Source of the DNA: an uncultured delta proteobacterium
GTDB taxonomy: Bacteria; Myxococcota_A; Polyangia; Fen-1088
NCBI GenBank assembly: GCA_963796685.1
Contig: CAWCMR010000025.1
Location: forward strand, 1,120,001 to 1,184,000
Direction: 5' to 3'
DNA: 64,000 nucleotides
Of this stretch, positions 49,361 through 61,998 are shown in pieces (the stretch's first letter is position 1; each line of letters starts with the position of its first letter). The position numbers and the translations under genes are program-made. Below the pieces are notes generated by a model. That model ran no database searches and was not told the origin of the DNA. It worked only from the letters and a program-made list of their open reading frames with translations.

Positions 49361-50851
49361 TTAGACGTACTTGAGGCCGTCGACCACCTGCTGGCGCGAG
49401 GCCCGCTTGGCCGGATAGAGCGTGGCCAAAAGACAGATGATCTGGGTGGCGCCGGCGACCAACAGGATTTCGTGCGCCGACACCTCGACGGGCAAGCGCG
49501 CGATCAAGTACACCTTGGGATCCAAGGGATAGCCGTAGAGCGCGGCCAGGCCGCACATGGCTAGCCCGTAGGCGATCCCGAGCCCGGTTCCCACGAAGCC
49601 CACGATGCTGCCCGACACCAGGAAGAGGCGCAGCAGCGAGCCCCGGCGCGCGCCCATGGCCGCGAGGATGGAGACCTCGCGCACCTTGGATAGAACGACC
49701 AGCGTCAGCGAAGCCAGAATGTTGAACGCCGCCACCACGGTGATGAGCACGAGCAGGAGCGAGATGATGACCTTCTGCATGGTGAGGGCCATGAAGAGGT
49801 TCTTGTTCAGGGTCTTCCAGTCGATGACCCGGCGGTCCGGTCCAAGTCGCGCCTCCACCGCATCCTCGAGCCGCAAAGCCTGCATCGGGTCGGAGAAGCG
49901 CAGCTCCACGCCGAAGATGGACTCGCGGGCGTTGCCCAGGCGCTTGGCGTCCTCGATGGGAATGAAGCCCAGGCGTGCGTCGTACTCTTGAAAACCGAAG
50001 GAGGAGATGCCGACGACGCGAAAAGTATACGCGCTGGGTCCGGACTCGAAGCCGCCGGAGAAGGGCACCAGCACCTGGATGCAATCGCCGACCGTGGCGT
50101 GGACCTTGTGGGCCAGCTCGCTGCCCAGGATGAGGCGCCCGACCATTCCCTTGCGGCCGCCCGATCCTTCGCTGCCCGGGCACGTGGCCGGGTTGTCGAG
50201 ATCGTCGACCGAGCCCGCGACCAGCGCCCGCCGGAGCTCGGGCACACCCTCGGAGACTTCCACGCCCTTGAGGTTGGCGCCGATTTTGCCAATCATCACC
50301 TCGCCGGCCGTGAAGCTGAACCGCGAGGTGCGGACCAGACCCGGAAAACCGACCATCTCGGCGCGGATTTTTTGCGCGTCTCGCTCGGCCTCATCGACAT
50401 CGCGCTCGAGCCCATAGGAGGTCACGATGAGATGGGCGTTCACCGCCTGGACCTTCTCCTGGAATTCGCGCTCGAACCCGCTGGTCACGGACAGCACCAC
50501 CACCAGCGAGGCCACGCCGAGCATCACGCCCACGGTGGAGACCGTCGTGAAGACCGAGAACAGGCGAAGAAGCACGAACAGAATCGTGGCCAGCAGGGCC
50601 ACCAACGCGACGATCACGCTGAAGGTTTCGAGGGTGCGGTGATGGCTGCGCGTGGCCAGGACCATGGCGAAATCCACCATCGTGATCGCCAGGGCGACGA
50701 AGGGACCGAACCGCACGACGCGCGACTTGGACTGCCGGCGCAGGTAGCGGGTGCCCACGAATCGTTCGAAGCCAAACCCGAGGAGCAGGGAAAGGCTGGC
50801 GACGAGGGCCAGTAGCCCGGCGGCAAGGATCCCCGTGATGACAGCAGCCAT
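49361..50851 (-). CDS. LolC/LolE-family lipoprotein-release ABC permease
   Basis: VSTVGVMLGVASLVVVLSVTSGFERE, DWKTLNKNLFMAL, VAAFNI, ILAAMGA, LATLYPAKRAS. Confidence 0.9.
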   Translation of the reverse strand: MAAVITGILAAGLLALVASLSLLLGFGFERFVGTRYLRRQSKSRVVRFGPFVALAITMVDFAMVLATRSHHRTLETFSVIVALVALLATILFVLLRLFSVFTTVSTVGVMLGVASLVVVLSVTSGFEREFQEKVQAVNAHLIVTSYGLERDVDEAERDAQKIRAEMVGFPGLVRTSRFSFTAGEVMIGKIGANLKGVEVSEGVPELRRALVAGSVDDLDNPATCPGSEGSGGRKGMVGRLILGSELAHKVHATVGDCIQVLVPFSGGFESGPSAYTFRVVGISSFGFQEYDARLGFIPIEDAKRLGNARESIFGVELRFSDPMQALRLEDAVEARLGPDRRVIDWKTLNKNLFMALTMQKVIISLLLVLITVVAAFNILASLTLVVLSKVREVSILAAMGARRGSLLRLFLVSGSIVGFVGTGLGIAYGLAMCGLAALYGYPLDPKVYLIARLPVEVSAHEILLVAGATQIICLLATLYPAKRASRQQVVDGLKYV

Positions 50852-50968
50852 GGTGCGTGCAAGCTACGGGACGAGGTCGCATCGGTCAAACACGTCCTTC
50901 GTCAAGGACGCATACTTGCCTAAGGTTCCTTGACAGGCCTTGCCGCCGCCACATACCGTTCTACCTGG

Positions 50969-52030
50969 ATGAACGCGCTCAAAACCCTCCGTTCACTGGC
51001 GATTGGGATTGTGCTTGTCTCCATGACCGTTGCGGGCAAGGCTTCGGCCGGCAGGAACGACCTCAAGCTGCTGAACTTGTGCCCGCAGGCTTCCTCGACG
51101 CTCGGCACCCAGGAGTGCCGCTGGGTCCAGCGCGACGCCAACGGCCGCGTCACGGGCGTCAATATCGACAGCGAGGGGAGAAGCAACTTCCGCAGCTTGA
51201 TGTCCGAGCTGGGTGTGGTGATGGCGCCGCGGATCCCCATGCCCGCGGACACCATCGGTTTTGCCGGTTTTCAGGTCAGCGGCGAGCTGAGCGTCACCCA
51301 AATCGCAAACAACAGGAGCTACTGGAACGGCGTCGAAGCCGTGTCGCCGCAATCGCCCGATGCCGCCCGACCCGACAGCACGCTGTCCACCGTGGGCGTC
51401 TTCCTGCGCAAGGGGATCTGGTTCCCGGCACCATCGTTCGAGCTGGGCGGAGGCGTGGTCAATCTCCTCGATTCGCAGATGCTGTCTTGGCAGGGTTACG
51501 CCAAGTTTGCTCTGAACGAAGGTTTCCATGACCTGCCCTTCCCGTCCTTGGCGGTTCGCGCGGCCATCTCCCATCTGACCGGGACCGACCAGGTCGACCT
51601 CACGACCACCAGCCTCGACGTGCTGGTCTCCAAGGGTTTCGGCGTGCTCAAGACCCTGCGCATCGAGCCCTTTGGCGGCTGGAGCTTGCTCATGATCAAG
51701 GCCAGCAGCAAGTGCATCGACTTCGCCCCGATATATGATGCCAGCGTAGTGGCCCAGGCGGCCCCTGGCCAGGCCATCGCTGGCAATTGCGCTGCCACCC
51801 AAGGGGGAACCACGAGCTACCTCCTGGCCGACGCGGCCTTTCCAAGCCAGGACCTCATCACACGCTACCGCGTGTTCGGCGGGGCCAAGCTCAAGTTCGG
51901 AATCCTGGCCGTGATCGCCCAGTACGAGCTCTACTTGGTGGGGCACAGCCGCGACGAGAACGTCATCTCGGCCGTCGATCAAAGCAGCCAGCAGAGCTCG
52001 TTCTCGCTCAGCACCGGCCTCGAGTTCTAG
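50969..52030 (+). CDS. Hypothetical outer-membrane beta-barrel protein
   Basis: Signal peptide, amphipathic beta strands, C-terminal FSLSTGLEF. Confidence 0.65.
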   Translation: MNALKTLRSLAIGIVLVSMTVAGKASAGRNDLKLLNLCPQASSTLGTQECRWVQRDANGRVTGVNIDSEGRSNFRSLMSELGVVMAPRIPMPADTIGFAGFQVSGELSVTQIANNRSYWNGVEAVSPQSPDAARPDSTLSTVGVFLRKGIWFPAPSFELGGGVVNLLDSQMLSWQGYAKFALNEGFHDLPFPSLAVRAAISHLTGTDQVDLTTTSLDVLVSKGFGVLKTLRIEPFGGWSLLMIKASSKCIDFAPIYDASVVAQAAPGQAIAGNCAATQGGTTSYLLADAAFPSQDLITRYRVFGGAKLKFGILAVIAQYELYLVGHSRDENVISAVDQSSQQSSFSLSTGLEF

Positions 52031-52046
52031 ACGGCACGCTAGATCC

Positions 52047-52248
52047 TCGCCTCTCCCCGACGGGGAAAGGCCGACGACGTCTGCGTCGGCGGGTGAGGGG
52101 GCACTCGCGAAAAGGCGACTTCTTCCGCCCCTCACCAGCCGCGCTTCGCGCGGCGCCCTCTCAGCCCTGCGGGCACTTCGGGTCCTGCACGCCCTACCCC
52201 TGCCCCCGCGGCTTCGCCGCGCCCTCGCCCGCTGCGCGGGGCGAGGGG
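52047..52248. repeat. REP-like cluster; 52128-52248 is an inverted copy of 5703-5823
   Basis: GGGTGAGGGG / CCCCTCACC arms and the shared internal insert. Confidence 0.75.
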
Positions 52249-52346
52249 ATGTGGCCGCTGCGCGGCCTCCGGAAAGCAAATTCCGGTTTCAGGTGCGAGA
52301 TTCTCAACACTCGCCGGCTCCCCACGCGGCTGTCGCGAACGAAGGC

Positions 52347-52601
52347 CTAGTGGGCCGGCAATCCGCTGCGGATGATGCGGCGAAGACCCTCGACCGGCAA
52401 CCTTGGACCCCGTTTCTCCTCTTCGAAGATGATCTGGGCCATGGTGGCGGCGGTGAGATCCTGCTGCGTCGTCTTATCGATGACTCGGATTTCGTCGCCA
52501 TTGCGAATCAAACCAGCAATTTGCTGGAGAGTCACATAGTGCGAATCCTGGGTGTCGTAGAGCTTCCGGTTCGAGTAGCGCTTGATCGTGCGTGTCGTCA
52601 T
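52347..52601 (-). CDS. PhaR/PhbF-like N-terminal DNA-binding-domain protein
   Basis: IKRYSNRKLYDTQDSHYVTL...VIDKTTQQDLTAATMAQIIFEEE. Confidence 0.85.
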   Translation of the reverse strand: MTTRTIKRYSNRKLYDTQDSHYVTLQQIAGLIRNGDEIRVIDKTTQQDLTAATMAQIIFEEEKRGPRLPVEGLRRIIRSGLPAH

Positions 52602-52745
52602 GCCGCTATCATGCATCGTCACCTGGACGCGTCAAGGGCGATCTTGTACGAACGCGCAAACACAGATGTTTTTCGTCCTTTTTGTGGTGCACGCTCAAGG
52701 CAGATCGCTCATCGCCGAGCGGCACGCGAAGAGCGACCGGAAACG

Positions 52746-52976
52746 CTACGAGGCCTTGTCGGCCGGCTTGGCGGGCTCCGGCTTCTGGGCCTGGGCCTCC
52801 CCGTCGATCTCGGGCTTCTTGGGCGACACCTCGATCTCGTTCGAGCTGTTCACGGCGCGCTTGAAGTTCTTGATGGCGCGCCCCAGCCCGTCGCCCAGCT
52901 GGGGCAGCTTGCTGGCGCCGAATACGACCATGACCACGAGAAAGATGAGGATGATTTCGCCAGTGCCGAGTCCCAT
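52746..52976 (-). CDS. tatA: Twin-arginine translocase subunit TatA
   Basis: MGLGTGEIILIFLVVMVVFGASKLPQLGDGLGRAIKNFK. Confidence 0.95.
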   Translation of the reverse strand: MGLGTGEIILIFLVVMVVFGASKLPQLGDGLGRAIKNFKRAVNSSNEIEVSPKKPEIDGEAQAQKPEPAKPADKAS

Positions 52977-53119
52977 TTGGATTGCCTCAGCTAAGTCTAT
53001 AGCACCCGCGAAGTGCATGGGCAAACCCGCCCACTCCAAAGCCTCCCGGTGCCCGTGTGACTTCACGAGACTTCACGGTTTCTTGGTGACCACCGCCTCT
53101 TCCGCTACGATCCCATCCC

Positions 53120-55252
<2,133 letters not shown>

Positions 55253-55293
55253 CAAGCGGTGCCAAGCGGACCAAGCGGACCAAGCGGACAACG

Positions 55294-56277
55294 ATGAGCC
55301 CGGACGAGAACGTGGACGGCGGCGCCACCAGGATGGTGGTGGAAGCGGACGAAGTCGGCGCGCGCCTCGACGGCTTCTTGGCCCGCCGGCAGGCCGTACC
55401 CAGCACGTCGGCCGCCAGGCGCGCGCTGGCCTCGGGCATCGTGCGGGTCAACGGTCATGCCGCCAAGAAGGGCACGCACCTGCAGGTCGGCGATGTCGTC
55501 GAGCTGAGCGAGGGACCGAACCAAGGCGTCGTGCTGGTACCGACCCCCGATGTGGAGCTGACCGTGCTCTACCAGGACGATGACCTGGTGGCGGTCGACA
55601 AGCCCGCGGGCATCCCCTCGCACCCGTTGCACGCGGGCGAGGGTGCCACGGTGGCCGGCGCCCTGGTGGCTCGCTTTCCCGAGTGCGCCGCCGCCTCGCC
55701 CGACGCGCGCGAGGGCGGTCTTGGTCACCGCCTGGATGTGGGGACCTCGGGCGTGCTCCTGACTGCGCGCAACCGCGAGGCCTGGTATCGCCTGCGCGAG
55801 TCCCTGGCCGCCGCGGCCTGCGAGAAGATCTATCTCGCCGAGGTTCGCGGCGAATTTCCGACTGCCGAGGTGCGCGACTTCGTCCTTCCCGGTCCGCGCC
55901 CCTCGAGCCTGGTGGTCACGGCGCCCATTGGACGCCAAGGCCGGCGGGGCAACAAGGTGCGGCTTGCAGCGGGTCGGCAGCCGCTCGCTGCGCGCACCGA
56001 AGTCACGCTGCTCGAATCCCGCGCCGGCACCGCGCTGGTCGAGGCCCGCCTCGCGCGCGGCAGGGCCCACCAGGTGCGCGCCCATCTCGCCTTTCTCGGC
56101 ATTCCCGTGGTCGGCGACGCCACCTATGGCCAGGTCGACGAAGGCGCCAATCCAGGGCTGCATCTCCATGCCTGGGCGGTTTCCATCGTGCACCCAACCA
56201 CCGGGACCCCCCTGCACATCGAAGCCGCGCTTCCCGCCTGGGCGCGCCGCCGGAGCCAGCGCGAAACGCGACCCTAG
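55294..56277 (+). CDS. RluA/RluD-family pseudouridine synthase with an S4 domain
   Basis: RLDGFL (S4), VDKPAG, HRLDVGTSG, GRAHQVRAHL, PVVGDATYG, LHLHA. Confidence 0.92.
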   Translation: MSPDENVDGGATRMVVEADEVGARLDGFLARRQAVPSTSAARRALASGIVRVNGHAAKKGTHLQVGDVVELSEGPNQGVVLVPTPDVELTVLYQDDDLVAVDKPAGIPSHPLHAGEGATVAGALVARFPECAAASPDAREGGLGHRLDVGTSGVLLTARNREAWYRLRESLAAAACEKIYLAEVRGEFPTAEVRDFVLPGPRPSSLVVTAPIGRQGRRGNKVRLAAGRQPLAARTEVTLLESRAGTALVEARLARGRAHQVRAHLAFLGIPVVGDATYGQVDEGANPGLHLHAWAVSIVHPTTGTPLHIEAALPAWARRRSQRETRP

Positions 56278-56408
56278 CGATGTGTCTGACGCCTCCGGGC
56301 GTTTCCTTCTCCGCGCAACGGCTGCATACTGGGCACACAAGCTGGATGGAAAGCACGAGCTGCTGACATCCTGAGCTCGCGCTCCGGAACAGGTTAGTGA
56401 GGGAATCA

Positions 56409-57752
56409 ATGAGGTATGCGAATACGATCCTGCCCGTGGGAACCTTGGCAATCTGGCTCGGCTGCTCGAGCGCGAACAAGGGACCGAGTGATGCTGCGCC
56501 GGGAGTGGACGCCAGCGGAGGGGTGCTGGGGGTGGGCGGCTCGATGGGAACGGGTGGTGTCCAAGGGACAGGCAGCGTTTCCGACGGCGGCCCCACGGGG
56601 AGCGGCGGAATCCAAGGCACCGGCGGTGCGCCCAAGGGGGGATCGACCGGGACCGGCGGGATCCAAGGCACCGGCGGTGCGCCCAAGGGGGGATCGACCG
56701 GGACCGGCGGTCTGCCAGGAACCGGCGGTCTGCCAGGGACCGGCGGTCTGCCAGGAACCGGCGGTCTGCCAGGAACCGGCGGTCTGCCAGGGACCGGCGG
56801 TCTGCCAGGGACCGGCGGCGCTACCACTGTGGGAGCACCACCCACCGTCGGCAGTTGCCAGATCTTCCCAGCGGATGACGCGTGGAACACCGACGTGTCC
56901 GGCTATCCCCTGAACGCGAACAGTGCCACGTATCTTGCGAACATGTCGGCGAGCACCGCTTTTCATCCCGACTGGGGCACGATGTCCGATGGCTACGGCA
57001 TTCCCTACTCGTCCGGGACCGGGGCGACTCCCCAGCCGCTAACCTGGACTGCATCCTGGGGAGATACCGAGAGTGACGTTTTGCCCTGCCCGTCGGGGAG
57101 CGGCCAGTTCTGCTACCCCATCCCGCATTCCGCGCCCATCGAAGGCGGGCCGAGTGCCGCCGCAGATGCCGACCGTCACCTTCTCTACGTGGACACCAGC
57201 GGTGCACCGGACAACTGCACCCTCTACGAGCTCTACAACGCCCAGAACCCGACCGGCAGCTCCGGGTGGACAGCGGCCAACGGCGCCATCTTCCACCTGG
57301 GATCGAATACCCTTCGTACCGCCGGTTGGACGTCGACCGATGCAGCCGGCTTACCCGTTCTTGCCGGGCTCGTGCGTTTCGACGAGGTGATGGCGGGTGA
57401 GATCCGGCACGCCATTCGGTTCACCATCGTCCACTCCTCGCAGGGCTACATTCACCCCGCCACCCATGCGGCGGGGAGCTCCAACACATCGTTGCCTCCG
57501 ATGGGACTGCGCCTCCGTCTGAAAGCCTCGTTCGATACGAGCAAGGTTACCGGCCCGACGCTGGTCATCCTCACCGCGTTCAAGAGATACGGCATCATCC
57601 TGGCCGACAACGGCAGCAACTGGTACATCACCGGCGAGTCGAACGAAGGGTGGGCACCTTACATGGACGATCTCGTTTCAGGTCTACGAGGTGTCCACGG
57701 CAGCGATTTCGAGGTCGTGGACACGGGCCCCGTGTCCACGGATGGACTGTAG
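56409..57752 (+). CDS. Lipoprotein with Gly/Thr tandem repeats and a conserved uncharacterised C-terminal domain
   Basis: Lipobox WLGC; 51-bp x2 and 21-bp (GTGGLPG) about x5 repeats at about 56600-56820; FPADDAWNTDVS, DRHLL, WTSTDAAGLP, HAIRFT, MGLRLRLK, YGIILADNGS. Confidence 0.75.
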   Translation: MRYANTILPVGTLAIWLGCSSANKGPSDAAPGVDASGGVLGVGGSMGTGGVQGTGSVSDGGPTGSGGIQGTGGAPKGGSTGTGGIQGTGGAPKGGSTGTGGLPGTGGLPGTGGLPGTGGLPGTGGLPGTGGLPGTGGATTVGAPPTVGSCQIFPADDAWNTDVSGYPLNANSATYLANMSASTAFHPDWGTMSDGYGIPYSSGTGATPQPLTWTASWGDTESDVLPCPSGSGQFCYPIPHSAPIEGGPSAAADADRHLLYVDTSGAPDNCTLYELYNAQNPTGSSGWTAANGAIFHLGSNTLRTAGWTSTDAAGLPVLAGLVRFDEVMAGEIRHAIRFTIVHSSQGYIHPATHAAGSSNTSLPPMGLRLRLKASFDTSKVTGPTLVILTAFKRYGIILADNGSNWYITGESNEGWAPYMDDLVSGLRGVHGSDFEVVDTGPVSTDGL

Positions 57753-57824
57753 CGGTCCGCGTGGTTCCTCGCTCGCGCCACGCTCTATCTCCCCTGAATC
57801 GGAAGGACTAGCGAGCCCCCTCGC

Positions 57825-58949
57825 CTACCATGTGACCCTCTGCCTGCCCGCGACGAATCGCCACAACCCGACCACGGCGGCGGCGTTGAGCACTACGAAC
57901 GTTCGCGCCAAAGTCCCCGCGCGGCCGGCACGGCCTCCCAGCGCTGCCAACGCGTAGAACGCGATTTGGCCCACCAGAAGCCCGCACAGAACATTCCTTT
58001 CCGCGCCTTGCGTCCCCAACCCCGCAGCAGCCATGGAGCACGTGAGCAACAACGTCAGAAGAAACCAGGGACAGAACAGCCGCGCGACCTTGTGAGAGAT
58101 CGTCTCGAACCATGACGGATTCGCGAACGGCAGCAACAGACGCGGCATACGCGAGAAGAGCTGGTAGTTGCCAGCAAGCGTCCTGACCTTCCGGCCGAAC
58201 TCGCGCTCGTCGGAGAAGGCTTCATCGTGAGCGACCGCATCCTCGGCGAAAAGAACACGCGCCCTACGGAGACGCAGCGTCATCGGAATCCATACATCGT
58301 CAAGAATCAGATCGAAGGGCAACGACCCCAGGTCGTTCCTGCGCAGAGCAGACAGAGCTCCGGTCATTCCTACCACGCTACCAAGCCGAGACTCTTGTCT
58401 GCGGATCCACTTCTCGTAGCGCCAGTAGGCGCCGCCACCTGTACTACCTTCGAGCACGAGGTTGCCTGTCACGCAACCGACCTGAGGAGCCGCGAGAAGC
58501 CCCAGCAGCGCGCGCACCGCACCTGGTTCTAGGGATTGACGTACATCGGTGAGTATCAGGACCTCGCCCGTGGCCCGCTCTCGCATACGATTGAGCGCCG
58601 TGGGCTTGCCCATGCGAGTATCTCCCCGAACGAGCTGCACACGCGGATTCCTCAGCGCCCAATCCGAGACGATCGCGTCGGTGCCGTCACTGCTAGCGTC
58701 GGAGTAGACGAGGATATCCATCTTTCCGGCCGGATAGTCCAGGGCCAGGAGGCTGCGTAACTTGGCATCAATGTATGCCTGGCAGTTATGGGCGGCCATG
58801 CAGACACTGACCGTCGGCTCCCAGCCGGCGTTCGGGCGTGGTTGCCAAGGCCACAAACGGGCAAGCAGCGCGAGCAGCAGCGGGTAGCCGAAGTACGTGT
58901 AGGTCAGGCAGACCAGAGCTACTACGGCCGCGAGGAAGGTGGGGCTCAG
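57825..58949 (-). CDS. Family 2 glycosyltransferase (poly-GlcNAc/cellulose-synthase-like)
   Basis: YFGYP, VYSDASSDGT, GKPTALN, TDVRQ, YWRYE, ILDD, EFGRKVRTLAGNYQ, SHKVARL. Probable CTG start overlapping the upstream TGA. Confidence 0.88.
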   Translation of the reverse strand: MSPTFLAAVVALVCLTYTYFGYPLLLALLARLWPWQPRPNAGWEPTVSVCMAAHNCQAYIDAKLRSLLALDYPAGKMDILVYSDASSDGTDAIVSDWALRNPRVQLVRGDTRMGKPTALNRMRERATGEVLILTDVRQSLEPGAVRALLGLLAAPQVGCVTGNLVLEGSTGGGAYWRYEKWIRRQESRLGSVVGMTGALSALRRNDLGSLPFDLILDDVWIPMTLRLRRARVLFAEDAVAHDEAFSDEREFGRKVRTLAGNYQLFSRMPRLLLPFANPSWFETISHKVARLFCPWFLLTLLLTCSMAAAGLGTQGAERNVLCGLLVGQIAFYALAALGGRAGRAGTLARTFVVLNAAAVVGLWRFVAGRQRVTW

Positions 58950-59674
58950 CGTCCCGTCCTCTTGAGCACGGCCAGCGGGGTTTGCACGAGAATCCAGATC
59001 TCCATTCGGAGGAAGGAAGGGAAGTCCTCGACAGCGGCACCATAGGCGAAGTCGTAGAGCGCCTTGATGCGCATGTCGTCCGCCAGGGCGCCCTCGGCGC
59101 CGTCGACCTTGAACGGGTTGGTCAATGAGCCGACCATGGATTCTATCTTGCTGCCGGGAAGGGGGCCTCCCGTGTAGCTCAGCGATACCTGCGCCAAGCC
59201 GGTTAGCCCAGGCTTGACGCCGCGCATTCTCTCCTCGAAGAAGGGAATGGCCAACGCCAAGTTCGAGATAAGCTCTGGTCGCTCCGGCCGCGGGCCCACG
59301 AGGCTCATGTCTCCGCGCAGCACGTTCCAAAGCTGCGGAAGCTCGTCGAGGCGAGTGCGGCGAAGAAAACGCCCCACGCGAGTAACGCGATCATCATCTT
59401 TAGCGGCGACAACCGCTCCGGTGGTGGCTTCGGCGTTGGGCCGCATCGTGCGGAACTTGAGGATGTCGAACTCTTCGAATCGGTAACGAAGGTTCGCGCC
59501 TGGGTCGCGACCTAGCAAACGGCCGGCACGGCGCTGCCTGAATAGCACGGGCCCGGGAGAGTTGAGGTAGATTGCCGCGCCGATGATCGGGTATAATGGG
59601 GCGGTCAAGGCTAGCCCAACACCCGCAGCAAAGACATCGAATGCCCGTTTAGCTATACGAACCGAGGTTCTCAC
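58946..59674 (-). CDS. Priming sugar (phospho)transferase, Bac_transf family
   Basis: [68 protein letters not shown]. Confidence 0.93.
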   Translation of the reverse strand: MRTSVRIAKRAFDVFAAGVGLALTAPLYPIIGAAIYLNSPGPVLFRQRRAGRLLGRDPGANLRYRFEEFDILKFRTMRPNAEATTGAVVAAKDDDRVTRVGRFLRRTRLDELPQLWNVLRGDMSLVGPRPERPELISNLALAIPFFEERMRGVKPGLTGLAQVSLSYTGGPLPGSKIESMVGSLTNPFKVDGAEGALADDMRIKALYDFAYGAAVEDFPSFLRMEIWILVQTPLAVLKRTGR

Positions 59675-59719
59675 AGCCGCGCCGCCTCAGGGCAAAGACG
59701 CCCCAGGATTCTTGAAGCG

Positions 59720-60223
59720 ATGATTAAATTTACGCGTGCCAACGGCTGCAACGTCATCTGTCTCGAGGTACCTGGGATCATCGAGTGCAGGGATATGACA
59801 CTTCGCACCGTTGCGGCCGCCTGCAAACTAGTCATGCCAGACTCCCGCGTGCGGGAGGTGCATCACGCTGAGCTCATCACGCATATTGTGTCCGCCGTGG
59901 GTGAAGCATACAACAACATCGTCCTGCACGGATACGCCGGGCGCGAGCCAGGCACGGTCCACATGCGGATCGAGAACTGTTGTGAATGGATGCGGGTCAT
60001 GATGAAGGACACTGGGATAAGCTTCGACCCGCGCCAAGTGCTCCCTCCTGATTTGGAGGCTCTTCCCGAGTCGGGTATGGGGATCTTTATCATGCGATCG
60101 TTTGTCGACGAAATTACCTATGAGGCGGGTCCCCCCAACACTCTGATGCTCTTCAAACGTCTTGACGGAGACAAGGAGAGCGGTATCACTAGGCTCCGCG
60201 TGCCCGTTCCAAGTCGGGGCTAG
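59720..60223 (+). CDS. RsbW-like anti-sigma factor (HATPase_c_2)
   Basis: AVGEAYNNIVLHGY, DTGISFDP, ESGMGIFIMRSFVDEITY, NTLMLFK. Confidence 0.9.
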   Translation: MIKFTRANGCNVICLEVPGIIECRDMTLRTVAAACKLVMPDSRVREVHHAELITHIVSAVGEAYNNIVLHGYAGREPGTVHMRIENCCEWMRVMMKDTGISFDPRQVLPPDLEALPESGMGIFIMRSFVDEITYEAGPPNTLMLFKRLDGDKESGITRLRVPVPSRG

Positions 60224-60258
60224 CGGGTCTTGATCAACCATTACTACTGACATAGCGT

Positions 60259-60567
60259 ATGACATTCAAACTCAGCACAGAGTCTGGCGTCTCCACCCTT
60301 CGTATCGAAGGCGAGCTGGATGCAAACTCGGTCGTCGAGCTCAGGCCGATCATAAGCAAGATCGGCGAAGAACGCCCTTCCCAAGTGCTCGTCGATCTTG
60401 CGGCCCTTCGCTTGATCGACAGCTCGGGCGTGGGTGCCATCGTCGCTTTGTTCAAAGTGGTCCGCGCCTATGGAGGCACCCTGGACGTCGTAGGTGTTCG
60501 CGATCAGCCTCTGGCCATACTTCGCCTTCTACACCTCGACCGTGTCCTGGTCCGTAAGGTGGCGTAA
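60259..60567 (+). CDS. STAS anti-sigma-factor antagonist (RsbV-like)
   Basis: IEGELDA, VDLAALRLIDSSGVGAIV with the conserved phosphorylatable Ser motif. Confidence 0.92.
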   Translation: MTFKLSTESGVSTLRIEGELDANSVVELRPIISKIGEERPSQVLVDLAALRLIDSSGVGAIVALFKVVRAYGGTLDVVGVRDQPLAILRLLHLDRVLVRKVA

Positions 60568-60777
60568 AGAACGAAGAGAGGAACTTAACGCATCGAGAGC
60601 AAGAGCGAGACTTGAAGCGGCTGAACGTCTTGTCCGCCGCATCGCATCGCGTAGCCCAGCGAAGGACTGTCGAGGTTCCCGCGGAGATTCGGCACCGCGT
60701 GCCGACGCCAGCGAATCTCTCGGGTTCCAGTATGCTGCTGCCGCATTGCCTCTTCGTGCTATCTTCGGTACCTCGCA

Positions 60778-61998
60778 ATGTTGGGACGCCATCCATGCCT
60801 ATCCTGCGCGACCTTCGTCGTCGTCGTCCTTGGAATCGGACGACCTGCTCAGGCCAATGTAGAATATGGGCTCTCGGCCACCAGCCTGACCGGGGTGAGT
60901 GACAACCCGGGGGCACAGCCGGATGGGACAGCAAGGCAGCTCGATGGGTTCGAGACCGTTCAAGGTAACGTCCATCTCTCCCTGCCTGGGGCGCGGTCAC
61001 AGAACCAGGCTAGCTACGGACTCACGGCCATGACTTGGTTCCGGGGCGCGCAAGGGTCCACGCTCGCCCACACGCTTGCTTTGTCCAGCTCGATCCAAGC
61101 AACGCCTGCGACACGAATTGCACTCGGCGCGGGAGCATCGTACGCGCAACTCTACATGCTCGATACGACGGCGTCAGCCGACCCACAAACGGCTGGCCCT
61201 CGTCCTGCGGGAAGCCAGCAATTCGTGACCATCCAAGCAAACCAAGGCCTGTCCTTGCAGCTCGGAAGCTCCTGGCAAGCGACCCAGTCGCTACTGGGAC
61301 AGATGTACCTCCCGATCCACGGCGCTGTGGCTTCGAGCACGAACAAAAATCTCGCGCTTACTGTTGACGTCGCCCACGAGTGGCAGCGTGACCAGGCCAG
61401 CCTAAATGGCCGTTTGGGTGTGATGCAATCGACCGCCCAGACAGAGCCCGAACTGACGACGACCTTGAACAGCGAGTTTGTTCAGCCCGGACTGGGTTGG
61501 ACACACGAGTGGACGCCCGAGCTCTCACACGCTCTGACCAGTGGTGTCGTCTTCATGCGGGTATTGGGCCAGACAAGCACGTCGTTCGCGGTCTCCGCAA
61601 GTGCGGCTTGGCACAGCCTTGGGCGACAGATCGCGCTACACGCCGGACAGTCCGCCGACGTTAATGTTTACGTGGGGAGCGCCTACGAACGTCGTTTCGT
61701 CACGCTGAGCCTCGGTCTGCCGGCCAACCGTTCCGAGACGCTTCAGATGTCCGCCGACGCAAACCTTGAGCACGACACGACCGCGGCGACTTCCAACGCA
61801 GGAGTAGGAAGTGCCGATGTGTTCTTCGGGCACGGGGGCCTGCACTGGAATCCAGGCGGTGCGTTCGTTTATGGGCTCGAATACATTTTCCGGGACCAGC
61901 GCGCCTCTTCCGGGGACTCTGGCCTTTCGCCTCTTGCCTCGTTTCGTTCCCAGACGGCGATGCTCACGATCGCGGCGCACTATCCTAGCAGATCCTAG
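60778..61998 (+). CDS. Probable outer-membrane beta-barrel of a polysaccharide-export locus
   Basis: Signal peptide, 'GVSDN' near the N-terminus, alternating beta strands, aromatic near the C-terminus, EPS gene context. Confidence 0.6.
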   Translation: MLGRHPCLSCATFVVVVLGIGRPAQANVEYGLSATSLTGVSDNPGAQPDGTARQLDGFETVQGNVHLSLPGARSQNQASYGLTAMTWFRGAQGSTLAHTLALSSSIQATPATRIALGAGASYAQLYMLDTTASADPQTAGPRPAGSQQFVTIQANQGLSLQLGSSWQATQSLLGQMYLPIHGAVASSTNKNLALTVDVAHEWQRDQASLNGRLGVMQSTAQTEPELTTTLNSEFVQPGLGWTHEWTPELSHALTSGVVFMRVLGQTSTSFAVSASAAWHSLGRQIALHAGQSADVNVYVGSAYERRFVTLSLGLPANRSETLQMSADANLEHDTTAATSNAGVGSADVFFGHGGLHWNPGGAFVYGLEYIFRDQRASSGDSGLSPLASFRSQTAMLTIAAHYPSRS

